IMG/VR virus record: IMGVR_UViG_3300025141_000029
Coordinates: 1 to 64,000 of that record
DNA length: 64,000 bases
Origin: a virus
Reading direction: 5' to 3' (one strand)
Shown here piece by piece: positions 44,252-53,679 of the stretch; position 1 is the stretch's first letter; each line of letters opens with the position of its first letter. The position numbers and the translations under genes are program-made. The notes beneath the pieces are model-generated. The model did no database searches. It saw nothing but the letters and a program-made list of their open reading frames with translations, and was not told where the DNA came from.

Positions 44252-47200
44252 TTAGTAAATCAGGTCCCAAATATCTCCTATGAGAGTCGTTGGGTCGTCG
44301 TCGGCTGCGGCGTGAGCTACGGTTATAGTCTTACAGCCGCTATGGGTCCAGCCCGGGGTATTCATACAGTCGTCATACACTTGTTTTCTCTCCGGATCCA
44401 AGCCATTAATCCACTCTCGGTCGACGGCTGCGCCCATCTCGCCGGCAGTCCCCGGTGGCGCCTCCGGTGGAGGGCCAGTTGTTGGCGTAGTAGCGCCGCC
44501 CGTTGATGGGGGGCCCACAATAGTAGCCGACGTTAGCGCACTGCCGGCAACCTCTTCTTCTGAATCAGCGCATACACCATTTGAGTTAAACATACACTTG
44601 AGCTTTGTAACATAGCCGGACGGACTCAATTGCCCCGCCACATTAAAAATATTATAATAGCCACCCAACCCTATTGTGCGCGCAACTTCCGAATCGACGC
44701 CCATAGTTTTTGGATCCAAAAAAACATATTGACCATTTCGAAACATTGGGCAGCCAAATAAATCTACAGTAGCATTAAATTTTGCGAATAATTGGCCTAG
44801 GCCGGTCTGGCCATCATAAATCGTTCGGGCTTCAGTCGCATATTTTAAATCAGCGGCTTCAAATTTTATATTTTTTACAATGCCTCGATCAAGACCAATG
44901 CCCAAGTGATATATGCCATCTTTCTCATCTTCTACTTTATTGACTTTTCGCTTTATAAGATTTCGGGCTGCGCCATGGAGTATATTATAATGAAGTATTT
45001 TGTCAGAAGAAACGCCATCTAGTGGACGAGTAAAAAAGTCTGATATAGGTTGTCCCCGGGCCGATAAAACTCCGAGTTGGGAAGTAATTCTAGGATATTT
45101 CCATTCGGCGGCCGGCGTACGAAGATCCTCTCCTTGTGTTCGAGGACCGTCCTCCAGGACTCTGGTACCCGTCGCTGCCCTAGTCATGCGCGGAATTGGC
45201 TCACATTTCGAAACATCGCCAGGATTATGGCACTGACCGGCCGGTCTGTATTTGGTAGTAATTGAGGTGGTACTCAGAGCCGGAACGGGAGCACCGCGAC
45301 CGCCGATGCATGCGTCGCCCATGGCTCTAAAAAATAAATCATTCATGATGTCTTTGATATAATCTCCAACAAAATAACTCGTACGACCGGGTTTAATTAC
45401 ATGTTCTCTCCAGAACATAACAAATTGATCAAGTGACACCGGAATATCAGCGATGTTCACAGATTTGGGGCGTTCTTGAAAATCATGATAATCAATTTTT
45501 CCGGTACACAAACGCGAATTTGTTCCCGCAATAGTTGCCTGTTGGTTCGCCGCGTTGAGGCCAATATAATTTGGATTCATAAAATTAACGTAGTACATCC
45601 CCAAATCGAGAAGATCCCCCATAAATATAAAGGTAACAACGCGGCGGTTTGATTGTGCCATCGAGGATTGTATGAAACTCTCACAGTCGATGATCTCCTC
45701 GGCGTCCTCCGGCTCTTCGGCCTGATCAACGATAGGCTGCTGCGGATCCTCTCTGCCAAAATATTCGGATTCGCGACCTTCTTCGCGGGCTCGGTCCAGC
45801 GCTCGGCCGGCCTCTCGACTTATTCGACTAGTTTCACAATCAATGGCGGCGACCATTCCTCCTTCGGTACCGCGGGGGCCTCGGCCAATGCCTGGACGTC
45901 CATCAGGACCAAGCATACCAGAACCGCCCGTAAGGCCTTGGGTAGCCGGCGCGCCGTGGCCGCGCTTCGTGCGTCTGAGTGTAGTTAGAGTTTGATCCAA
46001 ATCTTTTACTAACATGGCTTGCGTCACGCCATGCCAAGAAGAAGAGGTATTTGCGGCTTCGCGTGCGCTGGCATAATCTTTGTTCTTGGCTTCGATTTCG
46101 CCAGGCTTGATTTGAGAGCCTACAGCCGGGTCCATCTGATCAACTGCCCTATATTGCTTAAGCGTATCGTCCCTCACATAAAATTGATAAACTTTTTCGT
46201 GCGCCAACAGATCTTCTAGAAATCTTCTATAAAAGTTAAGCCTGTGTATTTCAATTATGGCTTTTGTGGTCTTATCGACTGACTGTAATTCTCTTTTGGC
46301 TTGTTTTTTTATTGCCTCTTTTGATAGTTTTTTGGTCGCGCATGCACCGGGGAGTACCCCCGTCTCAACTTGATCAATCTTGTTCGAACGTTCTTGTTTT
46401 ATGCTTTCCTTTTTTTTGTTACCTCTCATGGTACGATCGCGGATCTGATCTTTTAATATGTAAAACATATCAGCAGTTGGCTCTGTTAATTCACCCTCAA
46501 GAGAACCCCTATAATCAATCGTTAAAGATACTGTTCCATTGTTTTTAAAATCCAAATTATAATTTATCATCTCTAAGAAAATATCAAGTTGTAGGTCTCT
46601 AATAAGATTTCGATCATCCTGAGAGAAAATAACGTCATCAGATGCTGGTGGCACTGCCCAGCCAACAGAAGCCTTAATTCTTCGATATTTTGGATTAAAA
46701 ATTAATTCACTGTTTGGCTTATATACATCACGCTCCTCTTTTGCTGTTCTACAAAAATTTAATATGTTATCGCTCGTATATGCTTTGTTATAATCATATC
46801 TGGGTATCATTCTTTTGGTACGAAGCAACAAATCTAAAAATGCGACACCATTGCGTTTTTTGGTAAGAGCTTCAAAATTTGTAAATACTAATTCTAATCT
46901 TGCCTTAATTGATTTACGAGTTGTCGCAGGATCTTTACCATCAAATTCATAATCAAAACTTTTTAATCCTATGCCATATGCCCTTCCTTTATGATTTGTC
47001 ATTATATCGTCGATGATATCGCTGCTGATATAGTCATCAAAAAGAAATTCTGAACTCGAAATTTCTTGTGGTAGTGGCCGGCCCTCCTCGCTCGACGCTG
47101 GATGATCTAGAACATTAGTATTTTGATTTTCATATTGAATCATAAATAATCTTATTTTAGGGATAAGAAACGATAATTGATGTGGCTTATATGTGAAGAA

Positions 47201-47536
47201 CTTCTCGGCGCCTGGTCGGTGAGCCAACTTACTAATAGCTGCAGCCGGATCTCCGCCGATCGGAATTAAATCATGCCATCGATTATTAAGATCTCCCGGC
47301 GGAAGGTAATTACGTATTACATCTTGAAAATCAAGTAAAAGGCACTGATCTTGAAAAGCGGCGATACGGCGGGCAGTCTCAGCGGCTTCAAAAGTTCCTT
47401 CATCATCATCTTCATCATCATCATCGCCCGGGTCGTCGTCGCAATCCTCGTCGGCTCTGATGAAACAATATTGACGCTGTTCTATAAAAAGAGGATCTAA
47501 TCGCTCTTCTATATCTAATTTATCAAATAAAAGCAT
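44252..47536 (-). CDS. Large baseplate hub-like protein
   Basis: Position after LysM-like gene; C-terminal G.P.F..GQ...LGGYY pattern. Confidence 0.55.
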   Translation of the reverse strand: MLLFDKLDIEERLDPLFIEQRQYCFIRADEDCDDDPGDDDDEDDDEGTFEAAETARRIAAFQDQCLLLDFQDVIRNYLPPGDLNNRWHDLIPIGGDPAAAISKLAHRPGAEKFFTYKPHQLSFLIPKIRLFMIQYENQNTNVLDHPASSEEGRPLPQEISSSEFLFDDYISSDIIDDIMTNHKGRAYGIGLKSFDYEFDGKDPATTRKSIKARLELVFTNFEALTKKRNGVAFLDLLLRTKRMIPRYDYNKAYTSDNILNFCRTAKEERDVYKPNSELIFNPKYRRIKASVGWAVPPASDDVIFSQDDRNLIRDLQLDIFLEMINYNLDFKNNGTVSLTIDYRGSLEGELTEPTADMFYILKDQIRDRTMRGNKKKESIKQERSNKIDQVETGVLPGACATKKLSKEAIKKQAKRELQSVDKTTKAIIEIHRLNFYRRFLEDLLAHEKVYQFYVRDDTLKQYRAVDQMDPAVGSQIKPGEIEAKNKDYASAREAANTSSSWHGVTQAMLVKDLDQTLTTLRRTKRGHGAPATQGLTGGSGMLGPDGRPGIGRGPRGTEGGMVAAIDCETSRISREAGRALDRAREEGRESEYFGREDPQQPIVDQAEEPEDAEEIIDCESFIQSSMAQSNRRVVTFIFMGDLLDLGMYYVNFMNPNYIGLNAANQQATIAGTNSRLCTGKIDYHDFQERPKSVNIADIPVSLDQFVMFWREHVIKPGRTSYFVGDYIKDIMNDLFFRAMGDACIGGRGAPVPALSTTSITTKYRPAGQCHNPGDVSKCEPIPRMTRAATGTRVLEDGPRTQGEDLRTPAAEWKYPRITSQLGVLSARGQPISDFFTRPLDGVSSDKILHYNILHGAARNLIKRKVNKVEDEKDGIYHLGIGLDRGIVKNIKFEAADLKYATEARTIYDGQTGLGQLFAKFNATVDLFGCPMFRNGQYVFLDPKTMGVDSEVARTIGLGGYYNIFNVAGQLSPSGYVTKLKCMFNSNGVCADSEEEVAGSALTSATIVGPPSTGGATTPTTGPPPEAPPGTAGEMGAAVDREWINGLDPERKQVYDDCMNTPGWTHSGCKTITVAHAAADDDPTTLIGDIWDLIY

Positions 47537-47539
47537 TCA

Positions 47540-47881
47540 TTAAATTCCCAAAAACTGATATACAACTTCTAAAGGGCCCGGGATCATAATAAGATTTCCT
47601 GTTTGAACATGGGCTTCGGTGGGCTTTTGATTAAACCATCCAATAACCCACCACGCAGCGGGATCATCATAATAACTTGATGCTAATTTCCAAAAACGAT
47701 CTCCGGTTGTCCAGGTATGGTGTTGAACACTGAAACTACTCATTTGTTCTGTTGTTGGATATTGAAATCTTTTTGAGCCATAATGTGCTATAAAAGGCAC
47801 ATATCGATCTTTGAGTATTTTGCTATATATATCATTATTGTTCAGAAAAGTAATTCTTAATTTATCTCTTTCGATTGCCAT
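47540..47881 (-). CDS. LysM-like / gp53-like baseplate protein
   Basis: GDRFWKLA..YY.D...WW.I..FN....G..I.IP. Confidence 0.75.
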   Translation of the reverse strand: MAIERDKLRITFLNNNDIYSKILKDRYVPFIAHYGSKRFQYPTTEQMSSFSVQHHTWTTGDRFWKLASSYYDDPAAWWVIGWFNQKPTEAHVQTGNLIMIPGPLEVVYQFLGI

Positions 47882-47920
47882 AATATAACACCTCCCTGGC
47901 TATTGATTGTTTATCATATA

Positions 47921-48898
47921 TCAAAATGTTTGGAATGCTTTAGCGACGCCAAACATTTGACCCACCTCTGAATCTCTAAATGATCCTTCTGGTGTCACAA
48001 CTGCGCTATTTTGACATGTAGCATCTGTTGTGAGGCCTAGGCCGGTCACATAATCAGCTGCTTCACATTCTTTGGTCCCTGTTGCTAAGTCGGGCGGCCT
48101 CGTGGTACCAAAGTCACCGACGACGGCGGTACCGTATGGAAAATTTTGTTTTCTTCTTTCTATGCTTGTTCCAGATAATTTAAATCCCAGACCGTGCTCG
48201 TGTAAAACGTTAAATGAGCAATTTAAACTAAATTCCATTGGAATGAGTGTTCCCGAGGCCCCCTTATCATGAAAGCCGGCTTCAAAGTTTGGTGTAAAAT
48301 TAATCCCATCTAAATAACCAAGTAAACCTCCCGTTACAACATCAGGAAGAGGACCAAAGCTGGCCTTCGTTATTAAATTTCCAAATTTCATCCTCAAGAG
48401 AGGGGCGCCCACAATTTGACTGGCGCTGCCACCAGATTGTTCCTGATAAACAGGATATAACATGGTAATTAATCTACTTAATTTATCAAAATTACCCTTG
48501 GCCTCTTTATTATCATATGAAGGAACGCCAAATGAAACATTAAGTCTACGCGTAGTATTCTCAAATGTAGCAATTGGGTCCATACGTCCATATACGGAAT
48601 TTGGTGTCCATTTCGATGTATATTGATCGTCAAAAGCCGTTAAAAAAGCTTTAAAACTAACTACGAGCGGTTTTGATGTCCCTGACGCAACATAGAAAAA
48701 AGAAAGCTTTTGTTGTTTTCTGAAATACAGTGTATCAGTTGGATCAAAACTAACATCTTTCGCCGCAAGTTCAGAAGGCGGCGACGATTCACCACCAAAT
48801 GCAGCCGCAAGGCCTGCACCTATAGTACCGCCAGTCCGAGCACCAGAAGCAATACCTCCTACGGTGTCTCCGATATTAAAATCATCAAAAAATGCCAT
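47921..48898 (-). CDS. Tail tube initiator / baseplate protein
   Basis: F.D...S.W....YGR.DP...F..T.R; P..RMKFGNL. Confidence 0.6.
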   Translation of the reverse strand: MAFFDDFNIGDTVGGIASGARTGGTIGAGLAAAFGGESSPPSELAAKDVSFDPTDTLYFRKQQKLSFFYVASGTSKPLVVSFKAFLTAFDDQYTSKWTPNSVYGRMDPIATFENTTRRLNVSFGVPSYDNKEAKGNFDKLSRLITMLYPVYQEQSGGSASQIVGAPLLRMKFGNLITKASFGPLPDVVTGGLLGYLDGINFTPNFEAGFHDKGASGTLIPMEFSLNCSFNVLHEHGLGFKLSGTSIERRKQNFPYGTAVVGDFGTTRPPDLATGTKECEAADYVTGLGLTTDATCQNSAVVTPEGSFRDSEVGQMFGVAKAFQTF

Positions 48899-48937
48899 TA
48901 TTATATACCTTGTTCTTATTCATTTAAATCTCCTGTA

Positions 48938-51463
48938 TTAGGATCCAACATCTTTTATCATCCCCATTAATCGTCCGGATATGTAAGGAAGTACCACTTC
49001 CGCCATGCGATAGCCATCAGCTTCCATTATTACCGTACGCGAACCTCCTCCTCCTCCGCCTCCTTTACCACCAGCCTCAAATGCCTTAGATAATTTAGTA
49101 AGTACGTGAATTAGTTTATCCATAAATTGTAGATTCTTTTCATCGACTTTTAGCTTCGCAAGTTGCACAGTATTTTTAAGAATACCTTCAGTTGCCACCG
49201 CTGCCGAAGCATCAATTTCAGATACTTTTGTAACCAAATGTGTTACCCGTATGATGCCAGCTGAATCTGGAACATCAAGATCAGCAAGAGCATCAGTCAC
49301 GGTTAAGAAATTACTTACTGCGCTCGATGTCAAGCTGCCAATACTGGAAAATAAAAAACCAAGAGCATTAATTTCATCTTCCGGCAATAAGGCGAGGGAC
49401 AATGCCAAAATGGCAAGGGAGCCGCCAATAGCCGCCATACCGGCGCCGAGGACGAGAGCACCGCCGGCCATGAGGAAGGCGCCGAGGAGGGTGGCTGCGC
49501 CGGTAAAAGCAGCTAACCACTTCAAGACATCCCATAATTTATCGGTATCAAGACCTTGCAAAGAAGAAAACATAAGACCAAAACCGCCGGCGAGGAGTCC
49601 GATGCCGGCAGCTGCTAAACCAATGCCAGCGCCTATTTCCAAAACAGCCACACCAAATGCTGCCATACCACCCGCAGCTCCGCCGGCTGCTGTTCCCAAT
49701 GCCGCTACAGGGGGCCCCGCGAGTCCGGACGCTAGCGCCTGTGCTTCTGTTGCTGCAGCGACGGCGGCCGTATTTGCCGCTAACGCAGCTTGAATGCCAC
49801 TAATAGCAGCTATACCAGCTTTCATAGCTGCCATTGCCTTGTATGCTCTTACTACTTTCCATATGATTCCAACGATACCACCAATGACGATGAGATAGGC
49901 TGCCCATGTATTATCCGATAACCAATCAACGACAGTTTTTAAGCCGTCCGCGAGCCAGGAGATCACTCTGACTAGATCATCTAATACAGGAGTGAGTTGG
50001 AGCAATAAAGCGTTAAATTTTTGACTCCAAGATAAGTTTTTAAAAGCTTCGCTGGAAAGATCTCTTAAGCTCATTTCGCCACCTTCGGCCAAAGCCTGAA
50101 GTTCATCGTAAGCTGATAAACTTGTATTAAATAATTTATTGGCCTCGGCCATATCTGTGATACCAGCAGCATTTGCAATTGCTTTTTGCTCAAAACGTCC
50201 AAGCTGATTGAAAGATTTTCCAGTGGCCGCAACTCCTTGTATCAATAATCTAACTCTTTCTGATTCTGTGGCAGTAACCATCTGAACTGTATCAAAATAA
50301 GCGCCGCCCAAAAGAGCGTTTAAGCTACCAACTTTATCGCCGGCGTCTGCAAATGTATCGAATCCTGCGACGGTATTCAAAAGAGAATCCATAGACATTG
50401 CTGTTGCCTTGGCTGCAGCCGAAAGATCTTTAAATTCTTGTTCCATTCTACCGCCATGAGCCATTAAAGTAGTAGCTGCGCGGCCATAATCTTCCATTAT
50501 TATGTGAGGCGGAACCTTTAATTCCATCGCGAGGCCCCTAAGATTATTTATCAGCTGTTCTGACTCTCTGCCTGTTTTTCCTTGGGCCGCTGTCATGACG
50601 TCAAAAGCCGTAGCAAAGCTGCGGGCTTCAATACCAAACATCGCCATGGTTGACGCTGTTGTCACTACACTTTCTTGGACGCTCTGATCATATTGTAAAA
50701 ATCTTGCGGAGGAAGTGCCCAACTCCTCATAAGTTTGGCCGACGTGCTCGGACGCAATACCAAGTTTCTTAACATTTCTGGTTACCTCGGCAACAGATCT
50801 AGTTATTTCTGGGCCCACGCCTAATGTCACCCTTAAGTCAGCGGCGACTTCAGAAAGTTTATTTACATAATCTAAGGCTTGGGCAACGATTTTTGTCATC
50901 AGAGAACCAAACATATTCATCGGATTCATTGTTTCCTTAATGTTCGAACCAATTTCAGACATTGCTTGACCGAGATTAACACCCTTGTCAAGAGCATTAA
51001 TTAGACTACCAGTGAGGCCGGCCGCTCTCCAATTATTATCGATACCAAGAATACTTCCGGCCGTCTGACCAAATGCCGAACCAAGATCTCTTGCCGCTTC
51101 TGTGCTCTGCATAAGCGCAGCCGTCATATCAGCTTGAGCCTCAGTTCTGCGCATCGTATCTCTTATTTCTTCATCGCTAGCGCTCTTAAGAAATTTAAAA
51201 TGCTCTTGTTGTGCTTCTGTAAGTTTTCCAAGCGCTTTTCTTTGCGCAAGAATCCATTTTTTACGTTCAACAGAGTCGGCAGCGCCGGATTGCATAGCGC
51301 TTATTCTTAGTTTGTTTTGCTCACGTAGAGCAGTAATCTGCTTTTCATACTCTTTTATCTCTATATCGATAAGCTTTATATTAGATTGCGTAATCTTAGC
51401 AATCTCTTTTTTAAGAGCAATCTCTTTTTCTAGAGAAATATTTGCATCATCTCGCGAAGCCAT
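48938..51463 (-). CDS. Tape measure protein
   Basis: Long helical Ala/Gly-rich protein with hydrophobic segments, downstream of the chaperone pair. Confidence 0.75.
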   Translation of the reverse strand: MASRDDANISLEKEIALKKEIAKITQSNIKLIDIEIKEYEKQITALREQNKLRISAMQSGAADSVERKKWILAQRKALGKLTEAQQEHFKFLKSASDEEIRDTMRRTEAQADMTAALMQSTEAARDLGSAFGQTAGSILGIDNNWRAAGLTGSLINALDKGVNLGQAMSEIGSNIKETMNPMNMFGSLMTKIVAQALDYVNKLSEVAADLRVTLGVGPEITRSVAEVTRNVKKLGIASEHVGQTYEELGTSSARFLQYDQSVQESVVTTASTMAMFGIEARSFATAFDVMTAAQGKTGRESEQLINNLRGLAMELKVPPHIIMEDYGRAATTLMAHGGRMEQEFKDLSAAAKATAMSMDSLLNTVAGFDTFADAGDKVGSLNALLGGAYFDTVQMVTATESERVRLLIQGVAATGKSFNQLGRFEQKAIANAAGITDMAEANKLFNTSLSAYDELQALAEGGEMSLRDLSSEAFKNLSWSQKFNALLLQLTPVLDDLVRVISWLADGLKTVVDWLSDNTWAAYLIVIGGIVGIIWKVVRAYKAMAAMKAGIAAISGIQAALAANTAAVAAATEAQALASGLAGPPVAALGTAAGGAAGGMAAFGVAVLEIGAGIGLAAAGIGLLAGGFGLMFSSLQGLDTDKLWDVLKWLAAFTGAATLLGAFLMAGGALVLGAGMAAIGGSLAILALSLALLPEDEINALGFLFSSIGSLTSSAVSNFLTVTDALADLDVPDSAGIIRVTHLVTKVSEIDASAAVATEGILKNTVQLAKLKVDEKNLQFMDKLIHVLTKLSKAFEAGGKGGGGGGGSRTVIMEADGYRMAEVVLPYISGRLMGMIKDVGS

Positions 51464-51475
51464 TCAGATAAACCC

Positions 51476-51790
51476 TTACTTAAAGGGCCACTTGATACCT
51501 GTGACCCGTTCAAAATTTCTTGTTGCGTTATTAAGCAATGCCTTACTATGATATGTACGTGGATCATTTAGGCCATACTGTAGGTATGCGCCCATATATT
51601 TTTTTTCTTTAACCAAGGTATCCAAAAAACTTTGGATATCTTGTTTTGAGCCCTTCACAGTCGTTGGCAAGCTAATACCGCCAAACATGGCACTCAGAAT
51701 TCTCTTTACTTTTAGACCCAGGTTACCAAGTGTTCGGCCGGCCGCCTCATCGATTGTACTTTTTGTTAAATCAATTTCAATAATTTCCAC
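51476..51790 (-). CDS. Hypothetical late protein
   Basis: FER.TG.KWP end; late motif at 51814-51821. Confidence 0.65.
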   Translation of the reverse strand: MEIIEIDLTKSTIDEAAGRTLGNLGLKVKRILSAMFGGISLPTTVKGSKQDIQSFLDTLVKEKKYMGAYLQYGLNDPRTYHSKALLNNATRNFERVTGIKWPFK

Positions 51791-51843
51791 GATTAAACCT
51801 CATAACGCTATTATAAATAGTATTTTAATGAAAATAAAGACTG

Positions 51844-52069
51844 TTAAGATAACGTATGAGTTTGTTTGCCGGAAGAGGCACCTTTACCACGGGCTTTCTC
51901 AATTTGCTCATGTTCATATTCTTTTTGTTGATTTAGCCTTTCTGTAAACCAATTTCTTAGTTTTACAGGCAGGTTATAAATCTCAATAAAGCTCCAATTT
52001 CCATGATATTTGAGAGCGAATGCTTGTTCGTATAAATGCTTTTGATAATTATGATCTAGGCCAAAAAAA
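51844..52069 (-). CDS. gp51-like chaperone segment, probably reached by frameshift
   Basis: YEQ.F.L.YHG.WSF.EIYNLP..LR.WF; no good start codon of its own. Confidence 0.65.
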
Positions 52070-52909
52070 TTCCGTAGTAAACGGCACCTCCATATCTTGG
52101 GAATGTCCACATTCAAAACACTCAAAAAATTGAGTCAAGTCGACATTGGGTACTATTTTGGAATAATGATTACGTAAATATTTTGAATCAAAGGCTGGCA
52201 TTACATTAATAAATTCTGCAATAAGGTTTCTATCCTCGACATCATTTACTGCTACAATATACGCCTTAAATTGATCTGTTAGGGTAAATTCATTTTTATT
52301 CTTTTTTGAACTTTGTAAAAGTCTTTTTTCATCGCGTCCGGTTAAAAGCCTGGTTTCAACAACCGCTTTTGATCTAGGAAGGGTAAAAGCAAATGTGCCA
52401 CGCTCTGTTACTTTGGCTTCTCCAAGATCTAGATCATCAGGGGTTTTTGTTGTATTATCCTCTAAATTAAATGTAAATTCTTGTGCTGCCGCGCATGCTG
52501 GACATGTAACAGAGGCTTTATATTCGGCGCCATATGCCGAAATTCTACTGGCTACAATTAATGCATTCTTATCTCCAATACATAAATCTTCCAGTCGAAC
52601 GCCGGCTGTAACGATAAGCGATTGAAGCATTCTATCAAGAGCGACGCCCTTTTTAAGAAGAGATTTATTAACTAAAATATCTTCTTCTTTCGCTGTCATT
52701 AATTTAATTTCCACCTCTTCTTTCATATGAAGTGGATGTCCTTGCGGATAAAAACGTCCCTTTGTTGGTAAATCAACCAGCTCAGTGGGTACAACAAAGT
52801 GTAAACCGCCAGAAACATCTGCTGCTTCAACGGTCTCATCTGTTATATCATTGTGGGGGACGTTTGGAGTAGGCGCCTGAAAGCGGGCGCTATTATCTCT
52901 AACTGTCAT
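52049..52909 (-). CDS. gp26-like baseplate hub assembly / tail chaperone
   Basis: LPTKG.FY, MTAKEEDIL, R..AYG..Y...CP.C, C.EC, ends FFWP. Confidence 0.8.
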   Translation of the reverse strand: MTVRDNSARFQAPTPNVPHNDITDETVEAADVSGGLHFVVPTELVDLPTKGRFYPQGHPLHMKEEVEIKLMTAKEEDILVNKSLLKKGVALDRMLQSLIVTAGVRLEDLCIGDKNALIVASRISAYGAEYKASVTCPACAAAQEFTFNLEDNTTKTPDDLDLGEAKVTERGTFAFTLPRSKAVVETRLLTGRDEKRLLQSSKKNKNEFTLTDQFKAYIVAVNDVEDRNLIAEFINVMPAFDSKYLRNHYSKIVPNVDLTQFFECFECGHSQDMEVPFTTEFFWPRS

Positions 52910-52931
52910 GAAAACCTCTTTTTTGTATTAG

Positions 52932-53621
52932 TTATGAAGACTCACCACCGGTATCGATAGTATTTGGAATGAATGCCGACCCAATAATATCTTTAGCGAG
53001 ACCCAGGCCGGCAGAATTGTTAATAATCTGACTAATTCCATTACTCTCGCCGCCGGCTTTGGTCATGTAGGCAAAGTCATATTGAAGAGTCATACTAACT
53101 GTAGTAAGCTCTTCATTGCCATAATCCAGTGATCCAAAATCAACAGTACCTTGAATAAAAGGATTAATTAATCTCCATTGATCAACTATTCTTTGTAGTG
53201 GGGGTGTCGTAAGATCAAAATTTGGGGGAATACCAAGTTGCGAGATCGTAACATCGCCTAAAACGCCAACCATCGATCCTTTAGTAAGATTTGTTGCTGC
53301 TGCATTTGCGGCGACGGAAGCACCGCCGGCCGGCACCTCGTAACCAGCCAATCTTAGAAAAGACATGACTGTCGCAGACGAGTCAGTCGGACTGACAGGA
53401 TCAACTAATGTTAAACTAATTGGTGACCAAGTAACGCGACCAGGATAATTAAAAGTATGATTAATGTACTGATGGGGAGTGCTGGAAACTTCAAATTTAG
53501 GTTTATCAACGGATTTAACAAGCCACTTGATATTATCAAAATTAGATATGCTGACAACAAATCTAAAATTTCTTTTTGGCTCAACTGCGGGGCTATCCCA
53601 GAAATTATCGAACGATCCCAT
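52932..53621 (-). CDS. Tail tube protein (gp19-like)
   Basis: EPKR.FRF, P......YPGR..W..I..TL.DP, FG.LDY. Confidence 0.85.
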   Translation of the reverse strand: MGSFDNFWDSPAVEPKRNFRFVVSISNFDNIKWLVKSVDKPKFEVSSTPHQYINHTFNYPGRVTWSPISLTLVDPVSPTDSSATVMSFLRLAGYEVPAGGASVAANAAATNLTKGSMVGVLGDVTISQLGIPPNFDLTTPPLQRIVDQWRLINPFIQGTVDFGSLDYGNEELTTVSMTLQYDFAYMTKAGGESNGISQIINNSAGLGLAKDIIGSAFIPNTIDTGGESS

Positions 53622-53658
53622 TTATTTAAAGTCTCCCTGTATGATACTAACTCATTTA

Positions 53659-53666
53659 TAATTAGT
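53659..53666 (-). promoter_or_regulatory. Putative late promoter ACTAATTA
   Basis: Upstream of tail tube gene. Confidence 0.6.
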
Positions 53667-53679
53667 TGTTAAATTGTTT

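Noticed and set aside
42906-47536. Chimallin / phage nucleus shell near the tubulin gene
   Set aside because: No recognisable similarity; the context is the end of the baseplate operon
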